Of a DNA stretch of 64,000 nt, positions 19,598 through 29,648 are shown piece after piece. Position 1 is the stretch's first letter. Each line of letters begins with the position of its first letter. A program made the position numbers and the translations under genes. The notes under the pieces were generated by a model. That model was not told the DNA's origin. It ran no database searches and saw nothing but the letters and a program-made list of their open reading frames with translations. The DNA is from Candidatus Poribacteria bacterium (GTDB taxonomy: Bacteria > Poribacteria > WGA-4E > WGA-3G): assembly GCA_964291315.2 (NCBI GenBank), contig OZ219753.1, forward strand, positions 3,136,001 to 3,200,000, given 5' to 3'.

Positions 19598-20845
19598 ATG
19601 AACACTTCCGACTTTCGACCGCTGGATGTGGAACGTATCCGTAAAGATTTTCCGATTTTCGCGACAACGCCACCCCTCGCTTTTCTGGATAGTGCTGCCT
19701 CAACACAGACACCGAGACCTGTCGTCGAAGCAATGGATGCCTATTACGATACCTATCGTTCTAATATCCATCGCGGTATCTATCAGATCTCAGAGGAAGC
19801 GACGGCACAGTACGAGCGCGCGAGAGAAAAAGTGGCGCAGTTGATTAACGCGCCGCGCACACGTCAAGTTATTTTCACGCGGAATACAACCGAATCCATT
19901 AATCTCGTCGCTTACAGTTGGGGAAGCTCGAATATCCGTGAAGGTGATGAAATCATTCTCACCGTCATGGAGCATCATAGCAATCTTGTTCCTTGGCAGC
20001 TGCTTGCGCAGCGTACAGGTGCAACCCTCCGGTTTCTTGAAATAACCACAGAGGGTTTACTCGACTTTACACAACTGCGCGACCTACTGACCGAAAAAAC
20101 GAAACTCGTTGCCATCGGGCACGTTTCCAACGTGCTTGGCACTATCAATCCGATCCAATCCGTTATTGTTGCTGCGCACACTGTCGGTGCAAAAGTGCTT
20201 GTTGATGCCGCACAATCTGTGCCTCACTTCCATGTGGACGTTCAGCAACTTGATTGTGATTTTCTTGCATTCTCTGGACACAAAATGTGCGGTCCCACAG
20301 GTATCGGTGTCTTATATGGCAAATTGGACTTGCTTGAGGAGATGCCTCCGTTCCTCGGTGGTGGTTCAATGATTCGCAGTGTTGAACGCGACGTATCTAC
20401 TTATGCAGATCTCCCCGCTAAATTTGAAGCGGGAACTCCAAGTATTGCGGAAGCGATTGGACTTGGACACACTGTTGACTATGTTACACAAGCCCACTTA
20501 GCATCAATTCAGGTCCATGAACAAGAGCTCTTAAAATATGCGCATCAGCGTTTAAAGAATATAGAAGGAATTACCCTTTACGGACCGGCACCGCATCAGA
20601 AAGCAGGGGTCATCTCCTTCAATATTGAGGGCATTCACCCGCATGATGTTGCTGGAATCTTGGATACGTGCGGCGTTGCTGTCCGTGCGGGGCATCACTG
20701 TGCACAGCCACTCATGAAGAGATTAGATGTCATAGCCACTGTTCGCGCTAGCTTTTATCTTTACAACACAATCGAAGATGTTGATCGCTTATGTGAGGGC
20801 CTTTATAGGGCACAGAAGCTCATGACCCGGAGAAAAACAAGATGA
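19598..20845 (+). CDS. sufS: Cysteine desulfurase
   Basis: LDSAAS, EHHSN, FSGHKMCGPTG, RAGHHCA. Confidence 0.96.
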   Translation: MNTSDFRPLDVERIRKDFPIFATTPPLAFLDSAASTQTPRPVVEAMDAYYDTYRSNIHRGIYQISEEATAQYERAREKVAQLINAPRTRQVIFTRNTTESINLVAYSWGSSNIREGDEIILTVMEHHSNLVPWQLLAQRTGATLRFLEITTEGLLDFTQLRDLLTEKTKLVAIGHVSNVLGTINPIQSVIVAAHTVGAKVLVDAAQSVPHFHVDVQQLDCDFLAFSGHKMCGPTGIGVLYGKLDLLEEMPPFLGGGSMIRSVERDVSTYADLPAKFEAGTPSIAEAIGLGHTVDYVTQAHLASIQVHEQELLKYAHQRLKNIEGITLYGPAPHQKAGVISFNIEGIHPHDVAGILDTCGVAVRAGHHCAQPLMKRLDVIATVRASFYLYNTIEDVDRLCEGLYRAQKLMTRRKTR

Positions 20846-21231
20846 ACATATATCAGGAAGAACTGCTTGACCACTACGAAAACCCAAGCAACTACGGAAC
20901 GTTGCCGAATCCTGATATTTCACATGAAGAAGACAATCCACTTTGTGGCGACAGAATCCGCATTGACCTAGTCATCGAGAACGACGCAATTAAAGAGGTC
21001 CGTTTTTGTGGTCACGGTTGTACTATCAGTCAAGCCGCTGCCTCTATGCTGACCGAAGCGATCGAAGGCAAAAGTCTTGATGAAGTCAAGAAGATTACAA
21101 AAGACGACATGTTGGATATGGTCGGTATCCCTTTAGGCCCTGTCCGGCTTAAATGTGCTTTATTAGCACTTAAGGTACTCAAAGCTGGTGCCTATGGGAT
21201 TACAGCGTGGCCCGGCGAGGAAGACACATAG
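20842..21231 (+). CDS. sufU: SufU/IscU-like sulfur acceptor
   Basis: NPLCGD, GCTISQA, RLKCALL. Confidence 0.92.
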   Translation: MNIYQEELLDHYENPSNYGTLPNPDISHEEDNPLCGDRIRIDLVIENDAIKEVRFCGHGCTISQAAASMLTEAIEGKSLDEVKKITKDDMLDMVGIPLGPVRLKCALLALKVLKAGAYGITAWPGEEDT

Positions 21232-21294
21232 AAACACAGAACGTTCTCTTTTCCTAGCCTATAGTTTGCCCATTTTACTTGAAAAAAGGAAATT

Positions 21295-21606
21295 ATGCCA
21301 GAATTCTATAAAGTTGCGAAAGTTAATGAAGTACCACCCGGCACCAAAAAGTTGGTGGAGGTAGATTTTGTTCCGGTGCTAATCTTTAACGTCCAAGGTG
21401 AATTTTATGCCATAGAAGACGTTTGCACACACGACGGGGGGCCCTTAGCGGAAGGCTTGTTCAGAGGCGATGAGATAGAATGTCCTCGGCACGGGGCCCG
21501 ATTCTCTGTAAAAACAGGGGAACCGCTCTGTATGCCCGCTGTCGAAGGTGTTGAATGTTACACCGTCAGAATTGAAGATGACGATATCCTTATCAGTCTT
21601 GATTGA
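21295..21606 (+). CDS. Rieske-type ferredoxin
   Basis: CTH...CPRH. Confidence 0.92.
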   Translation: MPEFYKVAKVNEVPPGTKKLVEVDFVPVLIFNVQGEFYAIEDVCTHDGGPLAEGLFRGDEIECPRHGARFSVKTGEPLCMPAVEGVECYTVRIEDDDILISLD

Positions 21607-21644
21607 ATTCAGGGCCGATACCGTATGTATAGGAGACAATTGAA

Positions 21645-21947
21645 ATGCTATCAGAAGAATCTGTCTTGGAGACTATCAAAGAAAATATTATCGATCCAGA
21701 AATCGGAATCAATATCGTTGACATGGGACTCATTTACGGGGTTGACATCGAGGATACGACGGTTGACATTACCATGACGTTAACAAGCCCCGGATGCCCT
21801 GCGGGCGGACAGATCGTCAACGGCATACAACACGTCACACAGCAGATGGAGGGCGTTGCTGAAGTGAATATCAGTGTCGTCTGGAATCCACGTTGGAGCA
21901 TGGAAATGATGAGCGAGGATGCGAAGGATGAGCTCGGTATCTTCTAG
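21645..21947 (+). CDS. DUF59 / SufT-like Fe-S maturation protein
   Basis: DPEIGINIVDMGL, TLTSPGCP. Confidence 0.9.
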   Translation: MLSEESVLETIKENIIDPEIGINIVDMGLIYGVDIEDTTVDITMTLTSPGCPAGGQIVNGIQHVTQQMEGVAEVNISVVWNPRWSMEMMSEDAKDELGIF

Positions 21948-21955
21948 TAAGATCC

Positions 21956-22360
21956 ATGCTGTTTATCACCCCCATGCGGAACGATGCCAAGAATCCGAAA
22001 CGCCTCAAGAAACATCAAAACGCCTTCCAGGTAGAGTGGAAAGATGGACATACCAGCTGGTATCCATACACCTATCTTCGGCAGATATGTCCCTGTGCTG
22101 AATGCGCGATCATCCGGCATGAAGGCAGAGATGTACACTCCCTCTTTTCGCCGCAAGGTGACGGAGATATAACGTTGATTGAAGTGTCAGACGATATTCA
22201 ACCTTTGGATGTCCAATTGGTCGGCCGCTACGCACTTCAGTTCAGTTGGAACGATGGACACAACACCGGCATATATCCGTTTGAAGTCCTACGCGAGATG
22301 TGTCCGGGTCCAGAATCTGCCCCCTTACCGCCCGTTCAAACGGAGGAAGAATCTGAGTAA
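21956..22360 (+). CDS. DUF971 (GBBH N-terminal-like) protein
   Basis: W.DGH...LR..CPCAEC...VGRYAL..W.DGH.TGIY. Confidence 0.88.
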   Translation: MLFITPMRNDAKNPKRLKKHQNAFQVEWKDGHTSWYPYTYLRQICPCAECAIIRHEGRDVHSLFSPQGDGDITLIEVSDDIQPLDVQLVGRYALQFSWNDGHNTGIYPFEVLREMCPGPESAPLPPVQTEEESE

Positions 22361-22689
22361 TGCAGAGAGACATCCCCGAAATTCTGCCACAAGAATTGAA
22401 ACGGAAATTGGACACGGACGAATCCCCGTTCTTGCTCGATGTTCGAGAACAGGCCGAACACGATATTGTGCACATGGAAGGTGCTCGGCTCATACCGCTC
22501 AACACACTACCGCAACACATAGACAGTCTCCCAATAGACCGAGAAATTGTGGTCTATTGTCACCACGGAACCCGTAGCCTCTATGCCACGGCTTACCTAC
22601 ACCAAAATGGATTTACTGATGCAAAGAACCTGGTAGGTGGAATTGACTTGTGGGCAGCCGAGATAGAGCCGACTCTAAGGAGATATTAG
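22360..22689 (+). CDS. Rhodanese-like sulfurtransferase
   Basis: LLDVRE, YCHHGTRS, L.GGID.W. Confidence 0.9.
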   Translation: MQRDIPEILPQELKRKLDTDESPFLLDVREQAEHDIVHMEGARLIPLNTLPQHIDSLPIDREIVVYCHHGTRSLYATAYLHQNGFTDAKNLVGGIDLWAAEIEPTLRRY

Positions 22690-22872
22690 ATGATTGTTGA
22701 ATTTGAAAACCGTTCTGGCGAAATAGAGCGGGCCGAAATGGAAATTGACGAGCCTTGTCCGATATGCTGTGGGATGCTCTTTCCGCTTGTGGAAGCCCAG
22801 CCAACCAGGGGGTATCGCTGCAGTAGTTGTGGGCTCGTCTTCGCGCCTGTAGAAGAAGATCTGGGAATATAG
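22690..22872 (+). CDS. Small Zn-ribbon protein
   Basis: CPIC...CSSC; abuts the upstream stop codon. Confidence 0.65.
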   Translation: MIVEFENRSGEIERAEMEIDEPCPICCGMLFPLVEAQPTRGYRCSSCGLVFAPVEEDLGI

Positions 22873-22888
22873 ATTTTTTACGAAAAAT

Positions 22889-22917
22889 TTGACTAAAACC
22901 TATATCTTTTGTATAAT
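22889..22917 (+). promoter_or_regulatory. sigma70-type promoter
   Basis: TTGACT-17-TATAAT. Confidence 0.65.
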
Positions 22918-23077
22918 TAGACACATTCAGCAATTTGTTAGGTTAGAAAAGTGCCGGCTGTGCATTTTCGAGCCACTTTGTAAGGATGAAGCACATGCAA
23001 AACAGGGTTTCCAATTTCCATATACCGAGCTCACCGAGTCCCACGCTTCGATCGGCCGGTGTGTGTTTTTGCATGTT

Positions 23078-23129
23078 CGTGCCTGAATATGTGAGATTAC
23101 CCCCCCCACCTTACGTTAGTTAAGTATTT
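23078..23129. repeat. About 50-bp motif with a C8 tract (copy 2)
   Basis: Aligns with 8554-8602. Confidence 0.6.
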
Positions 23130-23346
23130 CAAATCGTTTTTTCACCAAACTGCGTCAGTGTTCACTGCTGTAGTGGTTTTTTCGCGCCTGCGCGTGCCTT
23201 GCACGTTGCAGGCTATTTTTGTTGTCGCGTCGGGGTTTTCCCGGTGCATGTTTCCCTGCTATCTCGCCTCCACAGTGCTTTGTAGCTGCCGTGGCGGATA
23301 TGCATGCGTATCTGTAACTTGTAGGATAGTTTCCTGTTAGGCTGCC

Positions 23347-23465
23347 TTGTAGCAGAACCTGTTAGGTTGTGCAGTGGTGCTTGTAGCATAGACTGTTAGT
23401 CTGTGGATCCGGAACGAGGTTTCCTGTCCGGCTGTGCATCCGGCTCATAACCCGTTAGGTTGTGC
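23347..23465 (+). repeat. Cluster of REP-like palindromes
   Basis: TTGTAGCAGAACCTGTTAGGTTGTGC, TTGTAGCATAGACTGTTAGTCTGTG, GCTCATAACCCGTTAGGTTGTGC. Confidence 0.7.
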
Positions 23466-23550
23466 AAGGTTTCTTTTTGATCAAAGATGAGCCAAATAAT
23501 TATCAAGATCGCGTTATGCTTACACTTTTACATTTAAAGGAGAATTTTCA

Positions 23551-24426
23551 ATGCGAAGATATTTAAGAACAGCTTTTGTTACCCTAATAGCCTGCACGAT
23601 CGCCCTTACCAGTTGTGATCGAACCCAGAAAGCCATCACACCTATCATGCCTGAAACAGAAACGGAAAGGCAGGGAGAGGTTTTGATCTATACAAATCGT
23701 AGTTGGTGGATAACGTTAGAAGACGCAGCCATTGCAGCAGAGACTACAAAAAGTCTCTTGGAAGCTAAAAATATCCAAGTGCAAATCACCAAAGATGGAG
23801 AGACTGTCAAAGAATGGATGCTCCAAACTACCGGGAATGGCAACGTTGATGTCATAGTTCTTTATGGTGTGTTACCTGCCTCAATTTATGCCCCTGGGAA
23901 TACTCAGCCCGATGGGTCAATCGCAGAAAATTGGATTGAAACGACGGACGGTGACACCATCCTGAATCACGCCGATTATATAGCCTTCAATGCTGACTCT
24001 GATGTAAATCTTGAATGGGAAGGTCAGAGTGCAAACGGGAGTTCCGGTTTGCGACAGCTTATGGACAACCCTATTATAAACCTGTTTTCTCCGCTTAGGG
24101 GGGCCATGATTCCCACATCTGACGGAATTGCGCTAACACCTAGTTTAATCGACTTCACATCTCATAGACCTATTCCGTTGGGGCAGCTTCAAGGGGAATG
24201 GTTTGCTGAAAAGATTTTTGCAAGCGATACAGGAGATGATCAGGCATCTTATGCGGATCCCGTCATTGTTCGAGACGGGGACCGCGGAAGACTCGCAATC
24301 GTTTACGCTCACGCTACCGACGAGAACCACGGTTATGCTGGATTTATTGGCGAAACGCGAGCGCAGGCTGGACTTCTACATGGAAAGGTCGCAGCTGAGA
24401 TAATCGCCAACTATCTCATCCCTTAA
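23551..24426 (+). CDS. Hypothetical lipoprotein
   Basis: AAGGAG RBS; signal peptide with LTSC lipobox. Confidence 0.75.
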   Translation: MRRYLRTAFVTLIACTIALTSCDRTQKAITPIMPETETERQGEVLIYTNRSWWITLEDAAIAAETTKSLLEAKNIQVQITKDGETVKEWMLQTTGNGNVDVIVLYGVLPASIYAPGNTQPDGSIAENWIETTDGDTILNHADYIAFNADSDVNLEWEGQSANGSSGLRQLMDNPIINLFSPLRGAMIPTSDGIALTPSLIDFTSHRPIPLGQLQGEWFAEKIFASDTGDDQASYADPVIVRDGDRGRLAIVYAHATDENHGYAGFIGETRAQAGLLHGKVAAEIIANYLIP

Positions 24427-24629
24427 TTCCTTATCAGATTGTTTCTACAAGGGATATGGAGACAGATTGCACCTTGTAGACAATTTGATCGGATCAGAAA
24501 GCTGAGAATCCTGCTGAGCTGCTCATGTCCGATACCGTGCAGCAGGTTCTCAATCTTTTGCATGCACAAAATAACGGTTCGCGGAAAAATATAAGCATTC
24601 TTGAAAACTCAGTATGAAACAGAGGGAAA

Positions 24630-25718
24630 CTATTCAATTTCTCGAAAGTTTGGGACATCTACCGGGGCACCGCCGTTCGCAATGGACTGCTCTGAAACCA
24701 AACCCGGCACCGTGAAATCCATCGCTGTATAAACATCAAGAGGCGGCGATGTGTCGGTAAGAATGCTATCAACGAAATCTCGGACCTTGAAGTACTCGCC
24801 GAGATCGCCCGCTTTTTCTGCTTCAGCAGGCGGATTTTTCCACCGTTCTGGCAGAAGGTCTTCAAACTGGGAGAGCGGCCTCCACTGCTCAGTTACCGAA
24901 AACTCGTCCAACCAAACCTTCGGGGCAGCACCTAATCCACGCGAACCCTCATAACACCCCTTTGTACCTTGCAAACTGAAATAGGAATTCGCGGGACGAT
25001 TCGAGAGCATGTCAACTCGAATCTTAATTAAGCCACCACAATCTATTTTGCAGAGCATCATCACGGTATCTTCCATGGCGTGCTCTGGATCCGTGTTAAC
25101 GCCCGTGCCGAGGCAACAGACACTGGTCACACGTCCACCAAACCACTGCAGCACCGGCCCCAAGCTGTGCGTCGCATAGTTGCACCGATTGATGCCGACC
25201 TGCCAATAGTAGCGCCACGTCGGCTTGCCACTTGTATCGTGATGAAGCGATTTAACGTTGTGCAGATACTCCCCTTCGCCGAAATAGACATCCCCAAACA
25301 GACCCGCTTCTACCATGCTGCGGATGAGGACGTTCGACTTGGCGTAGCATGTATTCTCAGCCATCGTGTATTTTGCAGATGCCCTCCGAACTGTTCGAAC
25401 TAAGTCGTAACATTCCTCTAACTTAACAGCTGCGGTGACTTCACTGATGACGTGCTTTCCCGCCTCTAATGCCTCGATGGACTGAGGGACATGTAGATTC
25501 TCAGGTGTAGCCAGCACAACAAGATCTACCGCATCCAGCATCGTGCTATAATCTGTAAACTTCTGAGGAATATCAAACCGTTTAGCGACGTTCTGAAGCG
25601 TTTCTGTGTTGATGTCACAAACCGCTGTCACATCTGTCTCTGCTATCGCTCTAAAAGGCGCAACATAAGAACTACCTCGATGTGCCCCAACAATTCCGAC
25701 CTTGAGTTGATTCGCCAT
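24630..25718 (-). CDS. Gfo/Idh/MocA oxidoreductase
   Basis: KVGIVGA, LATP..LH, GKHVISEV; start placed at ATG 25718. Confidence 0.9.
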   Translation of the reverse strand: MANQLKVGIVGAHRGSSYVAPFRAIAETDVTAVCDINTETLQNVAKRFDIPQKFTDYSTMLDAVDLVVLATPENLHVPQSIEALEAGKHVISEVTAAVKLEECYDLVRTVRRASAKYTMAENTCYAKSNVLIRSMVEAGLFGDVYFGEGEYLHNVKSLHHDTSGKPTWRYYWQVGINRCNYATHSLGPVLQWFGGRVTSVCCLGTGVNTDPEHAMEDTVMMLCKIDCGGLIKIRVDMLSNRPANSYFSLQGTKGCYEGSRGLGAAPKVWLDEFSVTEQWRPLSQFEDLLPERWKNPPAEAEKAGDLGEYFKVRDFVDSILTDTSPPLDVYTAMDFTVPGLVSEQSIANGGAPVDVPNFREIE

Positions 25719-25864
25719 TCTGTATATCCTTCCATTCGATGGAGTTTCGCAACGCAAACTGAAACTTGCCCTGATAGATCATCGCCGTAGCATAGCATAT
25801 CGTGTGTAATTTATTAGAATTTATTTCGCGTTAGGAGCGCGTCGGTTGTGATCATCTTTTCTGT

Positions 25865-25893
25865 TTGACATAACAACATAGATATAGTATAAT
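25865..25893 (+). promoter_or_regulatory. Consensus sigma70 promoter
   Basis: TTGACA-17-TATAAT upstream of the peptidase pair. Confidence 0.75.
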
Positions 25894-26081
25894 TAATGTT
25901 AAGTATCAGAGGAGCGTCAGTTGCGATCACTTTTGCTTCTCTATCAAGTGTTTTAAGATACACTGTTGAAATTGGGATTTCGTCTGTTTTCTCACTAACA
26001 GCACACTTAAGAATAATTATTGAAAGCGGACGAGTCAAAAACAATTCGTAAAAGTCCAAGGTAGACAAAGGAGAATACATT

Positions 26082-27149
26082 ATGAAAAAGTTTTGTTTGA
26101 TTTTTCTTACGGTTATTAGTATATGTGTAAATGCGTATGCTAATAATTTCGTAGTAGACTGCATCTATTTTAAGCCGTCTGACATTGGAGATCACCGGTT
26201 AGACAAAATAAAACGAACGATAACAGAAGCACAGATCAGGTATGAAGAGGAGATGCATCGCCACGGGTTCGGTCGCAAAACATTTAGACTGCAGAGAGAT
26301 GCAACGGGCGAGATTATTATTCATAAAGTCAACGGTCTTAACGGTTGGCGCAGCTACACACAAAACACCTGGGATAAACTACTGCCTGAATTACCAGACA
26401 GGTTTAATCCCGAGACTCCGGTCTGGGACAAGCAAGATCGCGTAAGACTGATTATAATAGGTGGTTTGGAATATACAAACGGTGTATCCTGGGGTGTAGG
26501 TTGGCCCCGGCATTCCAATCGCTATGGCGGCACCGCCCTTATAGCCGCCAATAGCGGGCATTTCAGTGCAGGTTTGATTTTTCACGAGCTCGGGCATACC
26601 TTCGGCCTATACCATAAACCCCCAGGCATGGATCCAGAGGCATTAGATGAGTATGAGGCACGGTGGTTAGATAAACATTACCACTTCAACCATCGCCACA
26701 ACAATTTTAATCTACCTACTGCTGAATGGAGAACCCCTAAGCTGACAGCCATTCGCCCCGATAATATCAAAATAGAGATCAAAGCCGCAGCTGACTTAGG
26801 ATTACACCAAGCCGAAATTTTCAGACAAGAGGACATAACGGTTGTAGGCTATGATTACCTCAACGGCGAGAAGACTGATATTATCTCAATTCAAGCACAC
26901 AGACGGGCATGGTCAGATAAGATTTTTCTCAAATTGATGGATAACCATGGCAGCTATATAATGATCGATATGAATATCCAACTGCCGAGTCAAAATGAGA
27001 TACCGTTGACTAATAATGACCTAAAGAACCCCGAGTTAGCAGGCAACGCTCAACAGAGACAGGACGATAACAGAGATACAGAAAAAGATGCCCACGTCAA
27101 TAGCAGTTTCAAACTTACTACACAATGGGCAAAACTCAAAAAGCAATAA
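26082..27149 (+). CDS. Secreted zincin metallopeptidase, paralog 1
   Basis: Signal peptide, HELGHTFGLYH, C-terminal KLTTQWAKLKKQ. Confidence 0.8.
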   Translation: MKKFCLIFLTVISICVNAYANNFVVDCIYFKPSDIGDHRLDKIKRTITEAQIRYEEEMHRHGFGRKTFRLQRDATGEIIIHKVNGLNGWRSYTQNTWDKLLPELPDRFNPETPVWDKQDRVRLIIIGGLEYTNGVSWGVGWPRHSNRYGGTALIAANSGHFSAGLIFHELGHTFGLYHKPPGMDPEALDEYEARWLDKHYHFNHRHNNFNLPTAEWRTPKLTAIRPDNIKIEIKAAADLGLHQAEIFRQEDITVVGYDYLNGEKTDIISIQAHRRAWSDKIFLKLMDNHGSYIMIDMNIQLPSQNEIPLTNNDLKNPELAGNAQQRQDDNRDTEKDAHVNSSFKLTTQWAKLKKQ

Positions 27150-27189
27150 GCTCTGCACTAGGTCCAGCGTGGACAAAGGATGATATATT

Positions 27190-28275
27190 ATGAAAAAATT
27201 ATGTTTGTTTTTGCTTTTCAGCGTGTGTATAAACGCATATGCTAACAATTTTGAAGTGGATGCTATCTATTTTAAGCCGTCTGATATTGCGGATCACAGA
27301 CTGGACAGAATAAAACAGGCGATAACAGAAGCACAGATCAGATATGAAGAGGAGATGCATCGCTATGGGTTCGGTCGCAGAACATTTAGGCTTCAGAGGG
27401 ATGCAAGAGGTGAGGTTATTCTTAATCAAGTCAACGGGGCTAACGGTTGGCGCAACTACTTAGTAGACTCATGGGAAAAAATAAAAGCAGAATTACCAGA
27501 CAGATTTAACGCTTATACTGCCCCCTTTGACAAAGCGGATCGCATACAACTGATTATTGTAGGCGGCGTAGCTTCCGTGCTTAAGTCCGGCCCCCCTGCA
27601 GCAGCAGGTATAGGTTGGCCCCGGCACTCATATAGATACGGTGGCACCGCACTTGTAGCTGCTGGAGCTCATTTCGATCCAGATAGAACCTTGAAAGATG
27701 TAATTTTTCATGAGCTCACACACTGCTTCGGTCTATATCATAAACCTGCCGGCAGGGATCCGTATGCATTGGACGAATATGAGGCACGGTGGCTAGATAA
27801 ACACTACCATTTCAACCATCGCCACAACAATTTTACTCTACCTGCTGCTAATACGCAAAACGCTAAGCTGACAGCCATTCGCCCCGATAATATCAAAATA
27901 GAAATCGCAGCCACCGCTGAATTAGGGTTACATCAAGCCGTGTTGTACAGAAGATCTGACATCATGCTGATCGGCCATGATTATCTCAACAGCGAGAGGA
28001 CTGACATTATCTCAATTCAAGCACACAGACGGGCATGGGGAAATGAGCTGCTCTTCGCATTGATGGACAACGATGGCAACCATATTCAGAAAACAATAAA
28101 TGTCCGACTGCCGAGTCAAAATGAGATACCATTGGCTAATAATGATCCAAAGAACCCTGATTTAGCAGGGGACGCTCAACAGAGGCAAAACGATAACAGA
28201 AATACAGAAAGAGACGCAAGTGTCAATAGCAGTTTCAAACTTACTACACAATGGGCAAAACTCAAAAAGCAATAA
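27190..28275 (+). CDS. Secreted zincin metallopeptidase, paralog 2
   Basis: Signal peptide, HELTHCFGLYH, identical C-terminus. Confidence 0.8.
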   Translation: MKKLCLFLLFSVCINAYANNFEVDAIYFKPSDIADHRLDRIKQAITEAQIRYEEEMHRYGFGRRTFRLQRDARGEVILNQVNGANGWRNYLVDSWEKIKAELPDRFNAYTAPFDKADRIQLIIVGGVASVLKSGPPAAAGIGWPRHSYRYGGTALVAAGAHFDPDRTLKDVIFHELTHCFGLYHKPAGRDPYALDEYEARWLDKHYHFNHRHNNFTLPAANTQNAKLTAIRPDNIKIEIAATAELGLHQAVLYRRSDIMLIGHDYLNSERTDIISIQAHRRAWGNELLFALMDNDGNHIQKTINVRLPSQNEIPLANNDPKNPDLAGDAQQRQNDNRNTERDASVNSSFKLTTQWAKLKKQ

Positions 28276-28543
28276 GTTTGAGCATTGTGTACATCATAGA
28301 CAAATAAGGGGATAAAGGTGGTCTCCTGTTTGATAGGCATTAGTAGTTCTTGTCTACACATGGACATTCGATTCCAGTAAATCACCCTTGTGCCACACAA
28401 GGTCCCCAGATTACTAGTGCCAAATTGTATAGGCAATGTTTATATCATCCTCTTCGGCTGATAAACCGCGGGCTGCGGACTTTATGCTGTTACGTGGCGA
28501 AATGTATAGGACTAAATCCCCGTAATTTGCATTCTTTTTCGAC

Positions 28544-28572
28544 TTGAAAAACTTACGCGAACGTGATAAAAT
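28544..28572 (+). promoter_or_regulatory. sigma70-type promoter for the RM cluster
   Basis: TTGAAA-17-TAAAAT with TG extension. Confidence 0.55.
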
Positions 28573-28599
28573 ACGAGAAAAGATATTGCTACCAACACC

Positions 28600-29535
28600 A
28601 TGAATATTGCCAAGAAACATCTTCTTAAAGAGAGCATGTTGGAAAATAGGCAAATTACAGAGGATACCCTTGAAGAAGGGAAACTCATTGAAGGCAATGC
28701 TCTCAGCGTTCTGGATACGATAGATGATAACGTCATCAACCTCGGGGTTACTTCACCTCCATATAACAAGCAAGAAAAACAGAAAGGCTGGCTTGTAAAA
28801 AATGTGGTCTACGATGCCTATAAAGATACCATGCCTGAACCCGAGTATCAGCAGAACCAAATAGACGTGCTGAACAAAATTTACCGGGTAACCGCACCCG
28901 GCGGTTCATTTTTCTATAATCATAAAGTCCGATGGCATAAAGGCAACATGTATCATCCTATGGACTGGCTGCGTAAAACCAAATGGACAGTAAAGCAGGA
29001 GATTATTTGGGATAGAGCGATCGCAGCAAACATACGTGGCTGGCGGTTTTGGCAAGTAGAGGAGCGCGTCTATTGGTTGTATAAGCCCATCGGAGATTAT
29101 CTCATCGGAAAAGAACTGAGGTCTTGCGATGCAAAGTTGACCTCTGTATGGCGCGGTGTGCCTGAAAATGGCAGAAAGAATCCGCATCCCGCCCCCTTCC
29201 CGATCTGGCTGCCTGCCCGTGTCATTATATCCATCCTGGGTACAGAAACACAAGGGATTGTGCTAGACCCCTATATTGGCAGCGGCACGACTGCTGTTGC
29301 AGCAAAGCTGTTAGGGCATAGATACATAGGCATTGACAGAAGCCCCACGTATCTGAAGATGACTGGCGACAGATTAGATAATGCTCCGAAGGAGATGCCT
29401 AAAATCCGAGAGGAACTTGCGTTGCATGATGTACGGACGACCTTTAAGGAACGCAAATCACAAGGTAGGCATGTAGGTAAATATCGCAAGGCAGATGATA
29501 AGAAGGACGAAATTCAGCAAAATTTTCTTATATAA
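28600..29535 (+). CDS. DNA amino-methyltransferase (SPPY, likely N4-cytosine, beta class)
   Basis: TSPPYN, HPAPFP, LDPYIGSGTT. Confidence 0.92.
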   Translation: MNIAKKHLLKESMLENRQITEDTLEEGKLIEGNALSVLDTIDDNVINLGVTSPPYNKQEKQKGWLVKNVVYDAYKDTMPEPEYQQNQIDVLNKIYRVTAPGGSFFYNHKVRWHKGNMYHPMDWLRKTKWTVKQEIIWDRAIAANIRGWRFWQVEERVYWLYKPIGDYLIGKELRSCDAKLTSVWRGVPENGRKNPHPAPFPIWLPARVIISILGTETQGIVLDPYIGSGTTAVAAKLLGHRYIGIDRSPTYLKMTGDRLDNAPKEMPKIREELALHDVRTTFKERKSQGRHVGKYRKADDKKDEIQQNFLI

Positions 29536-29648
29536 AGGCGGCCTCTGCGCCTTGACGACTCCTTCCGATTCACGCCTCTAATACAAGGAAAAATAGAAAT
29601 AAAAAGAGACTTATGTTTCTTTATAGCGGATAAATTCGGGAACTTGAT

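Noticed and set aside
23347-23465. CRISPR array
   Set aside because: Few degenerate units, irregular spacing, no cas genes.
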